From the NCBI GenBank assembly GCA_946965045.2, contig OX337231.1:1550001-1614000 (forward strand): DNA of 64,000 nt. The letters run 5' to 3'. The notes under the pieces were generated by a model that was not told the DNA's origin, searched no databases, and saw only the letters and a program-made list of their open reading frames with translations. The translations under genes and the position numbers were made by a program. Source of the stretch: Epithemia pelagica (Eukaryota; Protista; Bacillariophyta). Every line of letters starts with the position of its first letter. Within the stretch, counting starts at the first letter, position 1. Shown piece after piece: positions 1-9,696 of this stretch.

Positions 1-25
1 CGGGCAACAACAACAACAAAACAAC

Positions 26-832
26 ATGTTGAACAAGTCAAGTAACAAGGTCTCTTATTTGGAGACACTCCACCCTGAACAGGGTTTCAAGGCACTCTCC
101 AAGGAAGAAGGTTCCTATGCGGGGAAATGGGACGCTGTATGGGCCGAAGCAGTGCTGATTGACGATGACACAAACATCCAGTCAAATGAGAACTCGCTCG
201 AGCGTCCTACGGGGGAAGCGGAGCAAACGGTAAAGACGGACAACCAATGGAACCGTTATAACTTCTTGTTGCTTACTGTTGGTCGGGCAATGCTGATTGC
301 AGGTGTTGCATCCACTGTCATGACGGAACTGGGTGGTAACATTGTGTTTCTGGCGGCTGCTGGATTCTACTGGGTATCTGAGAAGCTTCGCCAGATGGGA
401 GGGATTGTTATTCTTTTTCATTACGTGTTTGGGCTTGTTTACGTGATTTTATCCTTCATGGATATACTTTTGCTCTTTCTTGGTACTCTGATCACCGAGT
501 TAATGGCGGGGATTGCCTTTCTCCTCTGTACATTGTTCGGAGGACCTGCTGCTGGTACAGAATGGCATCAATCGGTCCGACGTCTTTGTCATCTGACCCG
601 ATGGGCGTTTCGAAGCTTTCATGACGAATGGAACTGTCGCCGTGGTTTGTTGCTCACGGAAACATCCCACACGAAAGAAGAATCACATGGTACAAACGAC
701 ATTGGGGTCGAAGCACCCACGAGTGTCAACAACGACGATGGTACAATTGTCTTGGGTGTGGATGATGTAGTGGTCGAACAGGATCCAGAAGATTCCAGAG
801 TGGAAGCCCCTCAGTCGAAGCAATCTGTTTGA
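26..832 (+). CDS. Hypothetical membrane protein
   Basis: 268-aa ORF with a central hydrophobic block of 2-3 TM-like segments and an acidic tail; preceded by a (CAA)n run; no recognised motif. Confidence 0.6.
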   Translation: MLNKSSNKVSYLETLHPEQGFKALSKEEGSYAGKWDAVWAEAVLIDDDTNIQSNENSLERPTGEAEQTVKTDNQWNRYNFLLLTVGRAMLIAGVASTVMTELGGNIVFLAAAGFYWVSEKLRQMGGIVILFHYVFGLVYVILSFMDILLLFLGTLITELMAGIAFLLCTLFGGPAAGTEWHQSVRRLCHLTRWAFRSFHDEWNCRRGLLLTETSHTKEESHGTNDIGVEAPTSVNNDDGTIVLGVDDVVVEQDPEDSRVEAPQSKQSV

Positions 833-1117
833 CCGAGTCTTCTCGCTTACATAAATGAACCTTCATTTTAATGTATGTCACATTACATAGGTGCAATCTC
901 GGTTTGGGCCTGTGTCGTTTTTCCGCTAGACGGTCAAAAGAAATTCATCTTGAGCTGAAGTCGTGCAGACAGATGGGCAAGATTGCTGATCAAACGTCAT
1001 GATTTTACAATTGTTGCTATCAACCACTTCTTTTACACTAAGGCTACTCATCAAGTTAGATGTTTCGTCTATTTGCGCCTTTTTTGAGTATCAGGCATTG
1101 AGTATTGTGTGTACAGA

Positions 1118-3043
1118 CTAGTTGTGGTAATGACGAGAAGTGATTGAGGTAAATTGTTCATCATGGCGCCCTGCCGCATCTGCCGCACCGGTGGTCGCCA
1201 GGAAATCAGAAAGAACAGAGTAGCAAGAACGATCGGCACTGTTTTCTAGCATCAGGTTCATTCGCTCGATCCCTCCGACGATGGTCATGATGCATTTGCT
1301 TACTTGCTGTGTTTCACGGTTCAGCTTTTCAATCAGTCGGTGAGTCTCCCTATCAGATCGGTTAAAGCCAGAGCCGTTGGCACCGTTACTATCTGCATTG
1401 CCGTCGTCGTCATCCATGGATTCAATCCATCCGTCATCGTTGTTGGTGTCATCGTTGCTGTTACTGCCTTCAGTTTCGTCAGGTCCAGGCGGCAGTGGCT
1501 TCCGTAATCTCAGTGACAACTTCACAAGCTGGGTTTCAAAGTCTGCCAGACTCTCGTTGAGAAGTTGTTGTTGGCTCAATGCCTTGGGGGTGAAGGTAAA
1601 CTTTATACTATCACGCAACCGTGCAGACACTTCACGCTCCGTCTCCAATGTTCGCAGAACCTCCATCAGCTCATTTTTGGCCGCCATGCGCTTATTCTTA
1701 TGTTCCTCTGTCTCGGTCGCTGATTTAGAAAGTTTCATCTCCAATGTATCACCAAACTTGTGCAAATTCTCAGAATCTTTTTTGATGCGATGAAATTCTC
1801 GTTGCAACTCACGATTTCGTGTCTGAGATTGAACCCATTGGGCATGAAGCTGTTTCCAACGAATGTTGAGATCGCTCAAGGATTTTGATGTTTGGTTCAA
1901 TTCAACCTGTAGTGATTCGTTATCCGCTTTTGCTTGTCGGAGTTCCTCTGACTTCTTTTCGATGAAAATCTTCATTTTCTGCTTTCGTTCTTCGTTTAGT
2001 TTTCGTTCTTCAGCAAGCGCTGACTCAGTTTGTACCTGTCTGTGCCGTGATGATACAATTGTTCCTTCCAATTCTTTTTCCAGTGTTTGTTTTGTGTTGC
2101 TGAGTTCTTCAATTTGTTCTTTGGCCTCATCCAATTCTTTGGTGACGACCTTGAGCTCTTCCTCATATTTTTCAGCCTCATTTGTTTTGCCGGCCTCTTT
2201 CTTCTTTGCGGCATTTAATCGATTTGTTAAAGACATTTCTTTCCTTTCCTGCTCGTCCCGTTGCTCTCTAATTCTCTGCAATTCCTGTTCTTGATCATCC
2301 AATGTGGCTTTGTTTGATGACACAGTATTCTCCAGAACTTTGATTTGCTCTAATTGAGAAGAGTTTTCTTCCTCCAGTGTTGCTATCCGTTCCAAGGCAG
2401 AAGCAAGATTTGTTTCGACCTCTTCCTTTTCATTCATGACTTCTTGTAGAGTTTCCTGCAACCCCCTATACTTCTCGAATTCCGCAGTCTGTTCTTGGCC
2501 ATGTGACTGTAAATCAGCGACTTGCTTTTGTGCCAGACGAAGTTTATTTTCAGCTTCGGCCTTAAGCGCCATTTCGGATTGAAGCTTTTCTTGCAGCTCC
2601 ATAAGAATTGAGGCATCTATTTCATCTGTTACCTTCTCCTTCATGCTGTTACTCTGGTTTTCTGCTGTCGAAGATGCCTTTTTCGTTTCGTCTCGTGACT
2701 CTTCCCGCTGTATGGTTTGTGACTCGTCGCTGGAACCGTTGGGGTCCTTGGCGGGTGGAATTTTCACGACAGTTGCTACCAGTCCAAGGGATCCTTCCTT
2801 TCCCTCAGAAAATCCTGTATCAACAGTAGGTTCCACCCCGTTACCAGATGGATCGGAAAGCTCTGTTCCAAGTTCCCCACTTTCTGACATGTCCAGCAGG
2901 TTTTTCACATTCTCTCGACCGTTGGTAGGGGAGCCGTCCACTTTCTTGTCGCTCTGATCGACCGCTTGTTCTTCTGGATTGATCTCTGGTGATGGTGCCA
3001 TTTTGGCTGTCCCTGTCATTCCATGTACTCTTCCGTTATGCAC
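1118..3043 (-). CDS. Long coiled-coil protein (ATG at 3043 or 3001)
   Basis: 641-aa ORF rich in E/K/Q/L heptads over about 350 aa. Confidence 0.8.
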   Translation of the reverse strand: MHNGRVHGMTGTAKMAPSPEINPEEQAVDQSDKKVDGSPTNGRENVKNLLDMSESGELGTELSDPSGNGVEPTVDTGFSEGKEGSLGLVATVVKIPPAKDPNGSSDESQTIQREESRDETKKASSTAENQSNSMKEKVTDEIDASILMELQEKLQSEMALKAEAENKLRLAQKQVADLQSHGQEQTAEFEKYRGLQETLQEVMNEKEEVETNLASALERIATLEEENSSQLEQIKVLENTVSSNKATLDDQEQELQRIREQRDEQERKEMSLTNRLNAAKKKEAGKTNEAEKYEEELKVVTKELDEAKEQIEELSNTKQTLEKELEGTIVSSRHRQVQTESALAEERKLNEERKQKMKIFIEKKSEELRQAKADNESLQVELNQTSKSLSDLNIRWKQLHAQWVQSQTRNRELQREFHRIKKDSENLHKFGDTLEMKLSKSATETEEHKNKRMAAKNELMEVLRTLETEREVSARLRDSIKFTFTPKALSQQQLLNESLADFETQLVKLSLRLRKPLPPGPDETEGSNSNDDTNNDDGWIESMDDDDGNADSNGANGSGFNRSDRETHRLIEKLNRETQQVSKCIMTIVGGIERMNLMLENSADRSCYSVLSDFLATTGAADAAGRHDEQFTSITSRHYHN

Positions 3044-3534
3044 TGGTCTCGTTCTTGGAAAGATAAAACGGATCTAACATCTAACCGCACACGAAACTAC
3101 ACCAACCACCACTGACGATAATCTAGCTATCGTGTTCTCGTAGCATAGAGGAGTGTCGTGTCACGCATCTCTTGCTTTTAACGGACATAGCGGACAGAAA
3201 TTTCGCGTAAAAAAGTAACACGATACAACTGACACTGACAGATGCTGGCATTTGCTGCTGACAATCGAGCTCAAAACTACAACAAGAAATATTGTTTAAT
3301 ACTTTGAGACAAAAAAGAGGCACTGCTTGTCGAGTTCGAGGACTTGTCTGCTTTGTTGGAGTTTGGAACGAAGATCTCTGTCCATCGCTTGACGGTGGAG
3401 CTAAACTCAGGAAAGGGCGGACCGTGTTTTTACACAACAGTTCTTGTCAATTCACCCAAAATCCCCTTCTGTTGAAGAGAGGCCAACAGCCGCATTATTG
3501 TGGCGTATTTTGCGTGCGATTCACATACTCGACA

Positions 3535-4180
3535 ATGTTTCTACCAGGGCGATCGACTGAAGATGAAGCCCAGAAAAGGCGTCAAGTATTCAGAAATATT
3601 GAAGGGTGGTGCGAACAGTTACTCCCAGAAGATGCTCGATCAGACTGCACGGTGAGCGTTCAAGAGATCAAGTGTGGTGACCCATATTGTTCACCGATTG
3701 ATACTGCCATAACGCTCATGTTCCAGAGGTAGGTGTAGTAGAAACGAACTGTCTTTGGATCCTTCTGAAATCAAGATACTGATGATTCGATACTTGTGGG
3801 ATCTGCTCTCGTTTTCCAGTGGTGGTCAAGGTTTCTTCAGCCTCCCTATGGAGTCCAAGGAGGTGACCCAGGAGGAAGTTGTCGAAAACTTTCCAACTAC
3901 AGATGTCTTGGAGAAGTGGCATAGGGGCGAAGAAGCTGAATGGCCGCCTCCAGAACCAATGGACTTGCGGTTACGTGTTGGTCAGTTCGTATTATGTCGC
4001 GTAGGACCGACCGACTGGGAAGCTGGTGAGATAACAGAACTTTGGTACAGAGAGCCCAATTGGCCTCCAGACAGCTTTGCACCCTACAAAATTCGGCTAG
4101 AGGATGGTAGAAGTATTTACGCACCCGCTGACATGGAGCAAGTGATCCGACTGGACCCATCCAAGCAACCATCATCATAG
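3535..4180 (+). CDS. Two-exon hypothetical protein with a C-terminal SH3/Tudor-like barrel (exons 3535-3728, 3820-4180)
   Basis: GTAGGT donor at 3729 and TTCCAG acceptor ending 3819 join two ORF-track frames in phase; C-terminal RVGQFVLCRVG..W..G.I..LWYREP..PYKIRLEDG. Confidence 0.75.
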
Positions 4181-4513
4181 ACGCTGCAGTATGGGATTTA
4201 TTCAAGGAGAATCAAAGTGGTCGACATCAGGGAAACTCGAGAAATTTGACGATAAACCAAAGTACTGACTAAAGTCTAGAGTGAAAAATTCGAGTTTGTT
4301 GTGACCAGAGAAGATGCAATACGATAGATAGTCTGGCAAATACTTCTTTTTAAATTAGAGATCCCGAAGCAATGGGCACACATTGAGGCTTGGGGATAAT
4401 TACATCTGTGAATTTCAAGTTGTTTCTTCTCAGAGTAGTCTCCGGAGTCTCCCGTTCAGTAAACCAGGAGGGATTGCCTCAAATGAGTTCGAGATCGGTC
4501 GTTCAGCTACTAT

Positions 4514-4737
4514 TGTAATTACACTATGACGATACTTTCTTCTAAGTAGACTCGTGCTATTATTCTAGTAGTCGCCACTGGTCTCTAAGTAAAAATCGTC
4601 CAGTGTCATTATTCAAGTAATTTTTAGTCTTGATCACGTGTAATGGCACTGGAAGAATTTGATCAAGGTAGATACCGGTATAGGGACTAATAGCACTCGT
4701 CTACTTTGGAATAAAGTATCGACACTGTGGAATTACA
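4514..4737. repeat. Degenerate 224-bp fold-back palindrome (MITE-like)
   Basis: Outer arms of about 52 bp align as inverted repeats; inner segments also pair (AAAATCGTCCAGTGTCATTA against the reverse complement of 4641-4660, 17/20). Confidence 0.75.
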
Positions 4738-4746
4738 TTTTTAACT

Positions 4747-4874
4747 GAGGGCAGGCTACGCTTAGGGCACTCGTGCCGTTACAGCTGTTGTGCGCACTCG
4801 TGCGGCAGCTGAAGCTGCACGCACTCGTGCGCCAACAGCTGTAACGGCACTCGTGCCCTAAGCAGCCTACCCTC
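4747..4874. repeat. 128-bp near-perfect palindrome with four direct GCACTCGTGC copies (27/27/26-bp period)
   Basis: GCACTCGTGC at 4767, 4794, 4821 and 4847; each spacer contains CAGCTG; arms of about 62 bp are inverted. Confidence 0.9.
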
Positions 4875-4936
4875 GTTATATATTGTACTGACAAAGCGCT
4901 AGAGGTTGGTAGATAGCATCAGTTTGATTCTTTGAT

Positions 4937-5033
4937 CCCCTAGCGGAAGGATGAGTCCTGGTTGATCGTGATTCCTGGCTGCATTCCCCTTCCTCGACCC
5001 GTTCACGAGCGGGACTCGACATTCCGCTAGGGG
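4937..5033. repeat. 97-bp stem-loop upstream of the ribokinase fusion gene
   Basis: CCCCTAGCGGAA..GAGTCC pairs with GGACTC..TTCCGCTAGGGG; internal hairpin CCCGTT-CACG-AGCGGG at 4998-5013. Confidence 0.7.
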
Positions 5034-5126
5034 GTAGTGTACTGTACTGACTTCTGACACTCTCTTCTCCAATGAAAAAAGCCACAAAAAAACGGATTCT
5101 TGGATATCGACTGTGAACTATCTGAA

Positions 5127-7271
5127 ATGAACAACTTCAGACTTCTCCATCGTGGATTCTTATTTGCAGTATATGTGTTGCTTCGAAAGACCTGTTTGGC
5201 TGAAAAGATTGTCGTTGTCGGATCAGCCAATGTCGACACTTTCTTGACAGTGGAGCGCTTGCCAGTGGAAGGCGAGAATCTTGTCACCGTTGAAGAACCT
5301 ATTGTGGATGTCCCAGGCGGCAAAGGATGTACACAAGCTATTGCGGCTTGCAAGCTTCTTGATGATTCTAGAGGAGTTGTCTCATTTGTTGGTCAGTTTG
5401 GAAATGACTCAGCGACGAAACTTCTGCAAACGACTTTGCGAGAGGCTGGTGTCGACATTTCGGACTCGGGGATGGACCATGAACACCCCTGTGGACGAGG
5501 ATATGTCTTTCTGTCGAGGTCGACTGGACAAGTAAGCGCTATTGTTTCAGGAGGAAGCAACCAAAATGGATGGCGTGCATATGATTGTGCTTGGGCAAAG
5601 TATTCCAATCGACCCGAGAGTATTGTATTGAATGGAATGATTGATCGCCTGCTTCAAGATTGTTCATGTTTGATGCTTCAACGTGAGGTTCCAGAATGCG
5701 TGAACCAACTATTTGCCGCAAAAGCGAAGTCAAGACATATACTGGTACTCCAGGACGTTGGAGGAAGTGACCGCCCCATGGACAGGGCGCACATGGAAAA
5801 CTGTGATTTTCTCATTCCCAATGAGACTGAATTGCAGCGATTAGTCATATCCTGTGGCCTGGATGAATCTTCTTTACCTGAAAGCGTTGTTGAAAGAGCG
5901 AAAATTCTTCAAGCTCATGGTGCGCGGAATGTTCTTGTGACACAAGGGAGTAGAGGTTCCACGTTGGTGACAGAACACGGGGAAATGGTATATCATCAAC
6001 CGGCAACTCTGACTCAATCACCTGTTGTCGATGAGACTGGTGCCGGCGATTGTTATCGTGCTGCATTTGCTGTTGCGATGCTTGAGGGTAAGTCTCTTCA
6101 GGCATCGATGGAGTTCGCATCAGCTGCTGGTTCTTTGTCTGTAGAACGACACGGAGCTGTTCCCAGTTCCCCAGCACGCAGCGAGGTCGATCATCGCTGT
6201 CAAACAGATCATGTGCTCTCCATCCCGAGAGGCGATGGGTCTGGAAGCAGCCCTATCCTCAACAGCTGGTCTGTGAGAGGAGGAACGATATCCAAGGACG
6301 AATTTCCTTTCTTGATTGGTTCCCGCCTTAACTCGATGAAAGATAGACCTGAATTGTGGCCTAAGCCGTTGTCAACTCCTCGGGATTTTGTCCAGAGACA
6401 AGCCACCATTAATGGTCTAACATGTGTCGACTTCAACTACCCTCAGCACTTCCTTACATGGACCGGTAAGGAAGCGAAGGAAGCCCTTCAAGAAGCGGGT
6501 CTGCTGGCAGGAGCTGTCTGTCTCCGATACCCGGCAAAGTTTGCCCGTGGTGCAATGAATCACCCTGACAAAGCTCTCAGACGCGAGGCAATTGAATTGA
6601 CTAAAGAGGCTGCACGCGTAGCGATGGAGTTGGGTTGTAATGAAGTTGTAGTATGGAGTGCTTTTGATGGCTATGATTATCCATTCCAGGTTGACTATGA
6701 TTCAAAGTGGGATGAACTCATAGAAGCGTTCACGGAATGCTGCGATGAGTTTCCTGACATAAAGTTTTCTGTCGAATACAAGCCTACCGATGAGAATACC
6801 CGATTCTTCACAGTACCGAGCACAGGAGCCGCATTCTTACTGGTATCACAAGTCAATCGGAGCAACTTTGGCTTAACCCTAGATGTGGGGCATATGCTCA
6901 TGTCTGGAGAGAACCCCGGGCAGTCAATTGCCATGGCTGGTAGAGCAGGGAAACTTTTTGGTATCCAACTGAACGATGGATACACACGATTGGCAGCTGA
7001 AGATGGCTTGATGTTTGGATCAGTCCATCCTGGGATGGCTCTGGAGATAATGTACCAACTGCGAAAAATTCAATTTGACGGTCACATATACTTTGATACA
7101 TTTCCCCAGAGAAGCGACCCTGTCAAGGAAGCAGAATATAATATTGGGCGGGTGAAAGATTTATGGAGATTATCCGGGCGGATAACGCAAGATCGACTGA
7201 CCAGTATATGGCAGCAACACGACGCCATCGAGGCACTTAGATTGGTGGATGAATCTCTTCGCTCTTTGTAG
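5127..7271 (+). CDS. PfkB/ribokinase fused to a xylose-isomerase-fold sugar isomerase (D-apiose-isomerase-like), with an N-terminal signal-like peptide
   Basis: Kinase motifs VVVGSANVD, PGGKG.TQA, PNETE and DETGAGD; isomerase motifs RLNS, W...DGYDY.FQ.DY, EYKP, LDVGH, QLNDGY, DGLMFGSVH and YFDTFP. Confidence 0.9.
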   Translation: MNNFRLLHRGFLFAVYVLLRKTCLAEKIVVVGSANVDTFLTVERLPVEGENLVTVEEPIVDVPGGKGCTQAIAACKLLDDSRGVVSFVGQFGNDSATKLLQTTLREAGVDISDSGMDHEHPCGRGYVFLSRSTGQVSAIVSGGSNQNGWRAYDCAWAKYSNRPESIVLNGMIDRLLQDCSCLMLQREVPECVNQLFAAKAKSRHILVLQDVGGSDRPMDRAHMENCDFLIPNETELQRLVISCGLDESSLPESVVERAKILQAHGARNVLVTQGSRGSTLVTEHGEMVYHQPATLTQSPVVDETGAGDCYRAAFAVAMLEGKSLQASMEFASAAGSLSVERHGAVPSSPARSEVDHRCQTDHVLSIPRGDGSGSSPILNSWSVRGGTISKDEFPFLIGSRLNSMKDRPELWPKPLSTPRDFVQRQATINGLTCVDFNYPQHFLTWTGKEAKEALQEAGLLAGAVCLRYPAKFARGAMNHPDKALRREAIELTKEAARVAMELGCNEVVVWSAFDGYDYPFQVDYDSKWDELIEAFTECCDEFPDIKFSVEYKPTDENTRFFTVPSTGAAFLLVSQVNRSNFGLTLDVGHMLMSGENPGQSIAMAGRAGKLFGIQLNDGYTRLAAEDGLMFGSVHPGMALEIMYQLRKIQFDGHIYFDTFPQRSDPVKEAEYNIGRVKDLWRLSGRITQDRLTSIWQQHDAIEALRLVDESLRSL

Positions 7272-7435
7272 AAACGCTTTCTCGACTCTCTGTCGCACAA
7301 GGAAAAACGAACTTGTTACGATGTCCACCCGGATTTTTAGGGGAAAGGGGGTCGCCTTTGGATGAACTTCTTTCCGCGACCCGCAAAAGTACACACACCA
7401 GCGCCGTCAAACATTATCAATCAAACATCATCAAC

Positions 7436-7574
7436 AGAATGAAGATTAAGTCGCAGCAAAGACCAAAGATGACGATAGATGATGATTACAACAGAATGGC
7501 GAAATCCCTGAACAGCAACAAGGCTCTTGTAGAATGTTGATTCCAGAAAGGAGGGGGACAGATTTTGGATGTTC
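7436..7574 (+). repeat. Direct repeat copy 1 (about 140 bp)
   Basis: Core 7436-7519 matches 10149-10229 at 73/81 aligned positions plus a 3-bp indel; similarity continues to GATTTTGGATGT. Confidence 0.9.
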
Positions 7575-7734
7575 ACATTATTTCACATACCCCATAGCTT
7601 CCGCATACGCCATTCTTTTCGACGAGGGACGCGCCGTGGGGAGAATTCACATCGAAATTTCCACCCCCGCTGGGGGGTACCCGGCACCACATGATGTGTC
7701 GGCGAAAATTCTAGCACACAAAAAGCAACCCAAA

Positions 7735-9696
7735 ATGACCTCCGCCAATTTGAAAATTGCGCTTGACCTGCTCGGGGAGACACCACTGAGTGATCTTCCT
7801 GACACCGAGACAAATCCCCTTTGGAACGACATAAAGGAAGAGCTCGGTTTGTCGACATTGCAGCTCTCGGCGCTCAAAAACCACAAGCTGGAAACAGTAC
7901 GGCATGAGGACAAACGCCAGAAGACTCTCGCTGATGAACTCCGAGCACTCACTCTTTCTCGTCCACGCAAGCCCAGAGTGCGGGACCATTTGGTTGCTCG
8001 GGAAGAGGCCAAACAAAGGATCATGACATACCTTCAACAGGTACGCGACAGCCACCGGGAAGTGTTGGACAACTCCGGTAAATTCACACTTCTTGGGACT
8101 TCAGGTGTCAAAGGCATTGGCAAGACAGAAATCTTGGGCCAGATCTGTGATTCTTGGGCCGCTGAAGCGCTTGGAGACGGGACGAAGGCTCTTTATGTAA
8201 CTTACAACGGATCGGGCTATTCGGGCGACTACTGTGTGAATCCAGCTAGGATTGGTGGTAACTATGGGAATGCGTTTGGGCACCTTCTCCTAGTCTCTTG
8301 CGGGGTTCCTGAAAAAACGGCCGTGAGAGTGCCGCTTGAAGAAGCTATTGTCTATGTCATGGACAAATTTCGCGGCGAGTGTCAATCTGAATTAGTCCTG
8401 GTGATATGCGTAGATGAAATCGTGGAATTGAATCGAGGAATCACGTCCAAGCCCAATGAGTGGAACCCGGCTGCACATACGATGTCTCAATTGATGAAAC
8501 TACAAGACAGGATGGATGGGAAGCTGATCTTTGTTTTTACAGGAATCCTTGATTCCATGTTTACTGCTTTGAAGTCGCTTTCCGGAAGAGCAGTGGCCCC
8601 GCTGCCATTGACATTAATTCCATTGCGAGCCGTTTTCTCCGATCTCCTTCCACGAAGACTGCTCCCTTTCGTGGAACAACCAGCCGTGAATCAACTCATT
8701 CTTTCTTGCGCTGGCCACCCGCGAGCAACTGTGGACGGCCTGGATAGGGCAACGCAAACTTGGCAGCTGCAAGAAGGTATGAACAATTCAGAGATTTCGA
8801 CAGCGGAAATTCTGGATGCCCGGTCAACAATCGTGAATGTGACGTGCAAGTTTGACGTCGCATACATTTCCCATGACATCCTGAGCGAGTGGTTTGACTT
8901 TCGTCAGTCGATATCAGAAGAAAGGAGAGAAGACTTGTTGGCGAAAGGAATTCTGCACACGGTCATGAACGGCGACGAAAGGGTGGAGTTTCTCTTTCCT
9001 CTCCTCCTTCAAGATTGGGCAAGACAACATCAAAGCACACCGTTTGGCTTTCACTTGCACGGACTATATAACGCCGATCTTGTCCTTGCCGCAGACAATG
9101 AAAAGAATATGGAGGCGGTGATGTACCACTATGAGGCCTTGCTTCGGAGAGCAACTGAAGGAGGAACGTTTCCGCTTGGGAGCTTCTATGCTAGTCGCCA
9201 TGTGGCTCCATCACTTAAATTCAAGATGCTGAAGAGCATCATTGTACCCGGCAGTTTCAACAGCGTGGGCTATGTCGAGGATTTTGCCGATATCAAAGAA
9301 ACGATTCGGCATCTCAGAAATGGATGGATATTAGTCTCGAAGAAGCACAGCGAAATCGGCATCGAATATCTTGTTCCGTACGTGTGCGACGATGAATTGA
9401 TTGTCGCATGCGTCCAGTGCAAATTTGTCCAGAAATCTACAAACTGGGCAAAGATCAAAGACAAGATGTTGACAGCGATCAAAGGCTTGCGGGAGAATCA
9501 CGTGAAATTCTTTCCTGTCGTGTACACGACGGCCGACCAGAGAACGATGATGGAATCTACGTTTGGCGATGGGGTATACTTTGTGGAATGCGATCTTTAT
9601 GATTTTACGAAGCGACTGGGGATCCTTCGTATGCATACCTTGAAGTTGGGGGCAAATTTGCTTACTTCTCATCCATTTTTGCGCATTACCGAGTAG
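7735..9696 (+). CDS. Crinkler-like protein: short helical header, P-loop NTPase and PD-(D/E)xK-like nuclease domain
   Basis: Walker A GVKGIGKT, Walker B LVICVDE, C-terminal GIEYL...CVQCKF (E..QxK); ATG in CAAAATG context at 7735. Confidence 0.7.
   Translation: MTSANLKIALDLLGETPLSDLPDTETNPLWNDIKEELGLSTLQLSALKNHKLETVRHEDKRQKTLADELRALTLSRPRKPRVRDHLVAREEAKQRIMTYLQQVRDSHREVLDNSGKFTLLGTSGVKGIGKTEILGQICDSWAAEALGDGTKALYVTYNGSGYSGDYCVNPARIGGNYGNAFGHLLLVSCGVPEKTAVRVPLEEAIVYVMDKFRGECQSELVLVICVDEIVELNRGITSKPNEWNPAAHTMSQLMKLQDRMDGKLIFVFTGILDSMFTALKSLSGRAVAPLPLTLIPLRAVFSDLLPRRLLPFVEQPAVNQLILSCAGHPRATVDGLDRATQTWQLQEGMNNSEISTAEILDARSTIVNVTCKFDVAYISHDILSEWFDFRQSISEERREDLLAKGILHTVMNGDERVEFLFPLLLQDWARQHQSTPFGFHLHGLYNADLVLAADNEKNMEAVMYHYEALLRRATEGGTFPLGSFYASRHVAPSLKFKMLKSIIVPGSFNSVGYVEDFADIKETIRHLRNGWILVSKKHSEIGIEYLVPYVCDDELIVACVQCKFVQKSTNWAKIKDKMLTAIKGLRENHVKFFPVVYTTADQRTMMESTFGDGVYFVECDLYDFTKRLGILRMHTLKLGANLLTSHPFLRITE

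Noticed and set aside
4303-4320. U6-like CAGAGAAGAT
   Set aside because: The flanks lack TAGCATGGCCCC and the rest of U6
4767-4856. CRISPR-like repeat-spacer pattern
   Set aside because: Repeats are only 10 bp, spacers are inverted copies of each other, there are no cas genes and the context is eukaryotic
4945-5020. Hammerhead ribozyme or U3 box C' (GATGAGTCC...GGAC)
   Set aside because: No CUGAUGA core, no GAAA after GGAC and no CUGA box D
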